DNA from: an uncultured Gemmatimonadaceae bacterium
Lineage (GTDB): Bacteria > Gemmatimonadota > Gemmatimonadetes > Gemmatimonadales > Gemmatimonadaceae
Direction of reading: 5' to 3'
Length of the DNA: 64,000 bases
Assembly (NCBI GenBank): GCA_963740355.1
Contig: CAVUDW010000003.1
Coordinates: 1,984,001 to 2,048,000, forward strand
Below the pieces are notes generated by a model that ran no database searches, had not been told where the DNA came from, and was given only the letters and a program-made list of their open reading frames with translations. Numbering within the stretch: position 1 is the first letter of the stretch; every line of letters starts with the position of its first letter. Shown here piece after piece: positions 60,801 to 64,000 of this stretch. The position numbers and the translations under genes were made by a program.

Positions 60801-61191
60801 CGAGCCACATGCCACCCGCGACCGAGGCCTCGTTGCGATCGAGGAACGGCGCCAGATCCGGCAGCATCTCGGCTGGATAGGTGAACGGCGCGTCCTTGCA
60901 GCGATCGTCGACGAAGAAGTCGAACGGATTCACCGGCTTGATGTCGCAGGTGAATTCCACGCCCACCTGCAGCGACTCCACCGTGGTGCCGGCCGGATAG
61001 GTGAGACGCCCGACGAAGTTGCCGTACGGGTCCTGGAGCCAGCGGATGTCGCCTACCGGCGACACCGTCAGGCCGTAGGTCTCGATGTCGGCCTGGGTAT
61101 GGCTGGCCGGGCGGAGCCGGATCAGGTGCGGACCGAGGGCCGCCGGCGACGGATAGGCCCAGGTGCTCTGGTGCTGGACGAGGAGTCGCAT
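57856..61191 (-). CDS. Transglutaminase + DUF2126 putative amidoligase
   Basis: [23 protein letters not shown] triad; [63 protein letters not shown]. Confidence 0.93.
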   Translation of the reverse strand: MRLLVQHQSTWAYPSPAALGPHLIRLRPASHTQADIETYGLTVSPVGDIRWLQDPYGNFVGRLTYPAGTTVESLQVGVEFTCDIKPVNPFDFFVDDRCKDAPFTYPAEMLPDLAPFLDRNEASVAGGMWLEEFLDTLPRDGDTVQLIVKLNEAVNKVTKYVIREEAGIWTPEQTLAAGRGSCRDSAVLLIAALRSRGLAARFVSGYLIQLTDDGMIPGEKKGVATDVVDLHAWAEVYVPGGGWIGLDATSGLLCGEGHIPLACTASPPLAAPVEGTSDTTAESVLFSMKIQRLEHEAHPTRPYEEEVWEALLDAGDRADAALLQAGLSMTMGGEPTFNGRDYPDAPEWNGDALGPHKTRIGRRFAAGLAHRLAPGGIVMERVGKHYPGESLPRWALDIIGRTDGKPIWHGKTLVETKGATPHHAARFAAALAKKLDLSDYVIPAFEDPWRALQDEASLPVDIDPRTAKLDDPEERRRLARLLDRGLSTEAGFVLPLTRFDGQWLSDRWTFRRGELYLIPGDGPMGLRLPLKSLGGGYVASPVEPVVTPPDPRTEALRAHEAKQRETMTAMLQRLVQSRSATPAALLQAQGTSVLGAAIGTALCVEERDGAVRVFFPPLESADDFLALLAIVDETAQTLSMSVALEGYPPVSTPELKKFCVTPDPGVLEVALPPVTTVRQHAELVDAVFDVALHAGLHSEKYLLDGRMAGSGGGNHVTFGGPEPLQSPFLQRPDLLASLLTFLQHHPSLSYMFSGLFVGPTSEAPRIDEARHDALYEMEIALERAHDRTQPSPPWLTDLLFRHLLVDVAGNTHRAEVSIDKLYDPGTPFGRQGIVELRAFEMPSHPRMITAQALLVRSLLACFSNEQYKAPLVRWGQTLHDRFLLPTYLWRDFEDVLEFLDAKGFPLPAAAYTPFVDLRCPLVGTMESGEVTLEVRNAIEPWMVLGEESTPSGTSRYVDSSMERIEVRLTGAVPERHLVLVNGHQLPMRASGTAGERVGGVRFRAWAPPHSLHAHLGIHHPIRIDIVDSWSKRSLGACAYHVWHPEGRGFELAPLTRMEAAARRAQRFTRAEPLRAPVNARVVSAHDDAPYTLDLRRFNIDRPPPPPDAPLV

Positions 61192-61374
61192 ACTGCACCG
61201 TAGTCCGGTCTGGAAGGGGGGTCAACCTTGGCTCGTGGCCGCCGCGCCCAGCCTGGGCGCGGGAGTTCCCCGACGGCGACAGCGGCGCCCCGCCCTATCA
61301 TGGAAGTCGGGGAGGGCGACGGCACCGGGTGCCTCAGTCGTCGACCTCTCGAACCGAGGTTTCGGAGGACTCGA

Positions 61375-62085
61375 ATGCATTTCGCTCGCGCCTCAGGATT
61401 ACTGGGCATCCTGGCCCTGGCTTCATGTCACCACACCACCGAACCCCTCGTGCTCAGCAACCGCGTGGTGCTGATCTCCGGGGAAAACCAGATGGTGTTG
61501 CAGCACCAACGCCCGCTGCAACCGCTCGTGGTGCGCGTTGAACGCGCGAACCGTCAACCAGTGCCTGGGGTGCAGGTCATCTTTGCGCGGACCGCTTCAC
61601 AGGCGGGCACGACACGTGGCGACACCGTCGTCACCGACAGCCTTGGGCTCGCGAGCTGGCAAGGATTTCTGCATGACGCCGGCGCGCAGGCCGTGGCGGC
61701 AACGGCCTTCGGATATGGACGAATGTCGTTCACAGTCGTCGTGCAGGCGAATGGGCACCAATTCGATGGCCTCTATCGCTTCGATTCCGTATCCGCCGTG
61801 GCGCTCGGCCTCTCTGCCATCGACTTTCTCGTGGCAGACACCACCATCACCGGCTCGAGCGGCGTGATTCACTTCGTCCGCTCCGGATCTGTCGACCAGG
61901 TCACGGGCGAGATGTCATTCGTCGAACGCGAGTCACCGAATCTCGACCGCAGCTTCACCGGACGAATCACGAGTGATGCGTCAGGTCGCGTGACGGCAAC
62001 CCTGTTGATGCAGATGCTCGATCGCCGCCCGCCGCCTCAACAACCGCCACAAGACCTGGGCACCGTGCGCGCGATTCGTCTCTGA
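61375..62085 (+). CDS. Lipoprotein with Big_1-like Ig domain
   Basis: GGAGG RBS; lipobox LALASC; SGENQ..PLVVRV..PVPGVQVIF..TDSLGLAS. Confidence 0.7.
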   Translation: MHFARASGLLGILALASCHHTTEPLVLSNRVVLISGENQMVLQHQRPLQPLVVRVERANRQPVPGVQVIFARTASQAGTTRGDTVVTDSLGLASWQGFLHDAGAQAVAATAFGYGRMSFTVVVQANGHQFDGLYRFDSVSAVALGLSAIDFLVADTTITGSSGVIHFVRSGSVDQVTGEMSFVERESPNLDRSFTGRITSDASGRVTATLLMQMLDRRPPPQQPPQDLGTVRAIRL

Positions 62086-62110
62086 GCGGCCAGACGAGTC
62101 GCGCACGCCG

Positions 62111-63817
62111 TCACGGCACCGGCGCATTCCGATCGATCTGCTTTTTCATGATCTGCAGCAGTTCCTGATTGCTCCACGGCTGCCACCCATGCGGCTTGAG
62201 TGGGCGACCGTATTCGATGGTGCCAGCGTAGTACGGTCCCTTTCCTGGCTCCTTCGTGCTCTCGAGAAAGGTCTCGAATCGGTACACACCGAGGTTGAGG
62301 AAATAGTTGTCCATGTCCCCGACGGCCACGTGCAGCTTGCCGACCAGCTTCGGGCCGATCGTGCGCCAGTTTCGCTCGACGTAGTCGCGCAGGTCGTAGC
62401 CACGCGCGCGCATCGAGTCAGCCACTGCGCGATCGATCACGCCGCTGCGCTTGTCCCACGGCGAGAGCGGATATCCATCGGCGCCGACCGGTGCCCACGC
62501 CGCGGCCCATCCATCCCACTGCCCGCCGGAACGACCGTGCGACGCAATCACCAACTCGGCGGCGTTCTCTTCACGCACTGTCAGCTCGGTGAGCCCTTCC
62601 ACGCTGCGGCTGGACGGCACTTCACGCGGCAGCCACGAACCATCGTTCATCACGAAGGCATTCGAGTCGGCGTAGATGTTGCCGAACTGGTAGTTGCGGA
62701 AATCCAGCTGGTCAGGATACAACGACCACGCACCGCCGAAGACGTCGGGATAGTGAATCTGCAGCGCCAGCACATCCCAGCCGCCGGTCGATCCGCCCGT
62801 CAGCATACGTGCATATGGCGCCGCCACCGTGCGGAATCGGCGATCGATTTCCGGGATCAGCTCCTGCGTGATCGCATCGCCATATGGGCCGTTGTTCGGC
62901 GAGTTGAGCACGTAGCTGTCGTCGTAGAATGGCGTCGTGTGCTGGATGAACACTGCGATCACTTCCGGCACCGAGCCTGATGTCCACGCCTTCTGAAATT
63001 CACAGCCCGGTTCGCGTGCACTGCGTGCGAGACGTGCCGTACGCGCCGCCGCCGTTTCTGGCGTGTCGCACCCCTCGAAGGTGAAGCCGAACGGGGCCCG
63101 TTCGCTGAAATGCCCGATCGTGTACACCACCGGATACCGGCGCGTCGGATTCTGGTCGTAGCCCTTCGGCAGCAGCACGACCGCGCCCATCGGCATCGGA
63201 TGATTCCAGAACGCGCTGGCGAGCTTCGAGGTGATGCGTACGCGCTTGACCCACTCCGTCTCCGCCTGCCCCGGCACGGCGGGCAACACCTTGGTCAGCG
63301 TCAGCGAAAGCGTCGTCTTGCGTGCGGGATCGATGCGGACCTTCTGCACCTCGCTCACCAATGAGCCAGGTGCCGCGTTGAACCGCTGTCCTTCACCCGC
63401 ATCCATGTGGGCCCAGATCGTGTGACCGTCGGCGCGCGCGAACTTCGTGTATGGCACGATCATCCCCTGCACGAAGTAGTCGCCCGCAGGCAGCCGATCG
63501 AGCGACGCCACCGGGAAACCCGGCACCGTCGGGTCGAAGGTGACGGCCTCCCCCGGCTTGAGCGCCGAGACATCGACGCCGAAAAACGGCTCACTGCTGC
63601 GTGAGGAGCCGGATTGACGGCGTGGTTCGGCCTTGTCGTTGCGGGCCACGAACAGAAACGCGCGGCCAGTGATCGGACCGGCGTTGACGCTGGCCGGAAA
63701 AGAGAGGCGGACCGTCTGCGCGCCAGCCAACACCGGTGCCAGCAGGCAGGCGAGCAGCGCGGCCATCCGTGGCGCACGCAAGGAAGAACGCGAAATCAGC
63801 AGGGGAGAATTCATCAT
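62111..63817 (-). CDS. Exported putative esterase (alpha/beta hydrolase)
   Basis: Signal peptide; VLLPKGY..RYPVVY, NSPNNGPYGDA..ELIPEID, TGGSTGGW (GxSxG), GDMDNYFL, KPHGW. Confidence 0.8.
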   Translation of the reverse strand: MMNSPLLISRSSLRAPRMAALLACLLAPVLAGAQTVRLSFPASVNAGPITGRAFLFVARNDKAEPRRQSGSSRSSEPFFGVDVSALKPGEAVTFDPTVPGFPVASLDRLPAGDYFVQGMIVPYTKFARADGHTIWAHMDAGEGQRFNAAPGSLVSEVQKVRIDPARKTTLSLTLTKVLPAVPGQAETEWVKRVRITSKLASAFWNHPMPMGAVVLLPKGYDQNPTRRYPVVYTIGHFSERAPFGFTFEGCDTPETAAARTARLARSAREPGCEFQKAWTSGSVPEVIAVFIQHTTPFYDDSYVLNSPNNGPYGDAITQELIPEIDRRFRTVAAPYARMLTGGSTGGWDVLALQIHYPDVFGGAWSLYPDQLDFRNYQFGNIYADSNAFVMNDGSWLPREVPSSRSVEGLTELTVREENAAELVIASHGRSGGQWDGWAAAWAPVGADGYPLSPWDKRSGVIDRAVADSMRARGYDLRDYVERNWRTIGPKLVGKLHVAVGDMDNYFLNLGVYRFETFLESTKEPGKGPYYAGTIEYGRPLKPHGWQPWSNQELLQIMKKQIDRNAPVP

Positions 63818-63932
63818 GACCGAAATCAGCGAGGCGACCGTGCCGGAAACAATGCCCGCTGTGTAAGCGATGCTCTCACAACGATATTGACGTGCCCCCT
63901 TTGACTACCGTCTCCCGCGCCCCGTCGCGTCG

Positions 63933-64000
63933 ATGACATTGCCGCCCCCATTCGCCCACTCGATTGCCATCGTCATCGGCATCGATCGCTACGCGAACGG
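63933..64000 (+). CDS. Start of a probable caspase-like (peptidase C14) protein, runs off the right edge
   Basis: Hand translation MTLPPPFAHSIAIVIGIDRYAN; AxVIGIxxY is the typical first strand of bacterial caspase domains. Confidence 0.55.
   Translation, partial: MTLPPPFAHSIAIVIGIDRYAN

Overview
A GC-rich bacterial chromosomal window. The gene content suggests Gemmatimonadota (inference from many secreted hydrolases, Hanks Ser/Thr kinases, a PEP-CTERM protein and DUF5916). I found no rRNA, tRNA, CRISPR array or transposase. Main blocks, left to right: FAD oxidoreductase and nitrilase; a sulfur/thiol cluster (BNR beta-propeller + ubiquitin-like MoaD/ThiS protein, frameshifted moeB, trxC, SAM methyltransferase, rhodanese, DsrE with its Cys replaced by Arg, a Met/His-rich four-repeat protein, AspT/YidE transporter); a LysR-controlled RND-MFP-TolC pump; peptidases; an orphan single-module NRPS (A-T-TE) whose A domain has Lys2/McyE-like motifs; a DUF4956/CotH-like/alkaline phosphatase block; GH97 and other hydrolases; and a four-gene predicted peptide-tagging operon (DUF2126 transglutaminase, circularly permuted ATP-grasp, alpha-E, transglutaminase). 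In that operon no Anbu peptidase is present and the last transglutaminase is fused to an apparently catalytically dead class II glutamine amidotransferase domain. Several intergenic gaps carry REP/REPIN-like palindromes from three families sharing a GG(G/T)G(A/T)CA(C/G) core. All calls are from motif recognition by eye; no searches were run.
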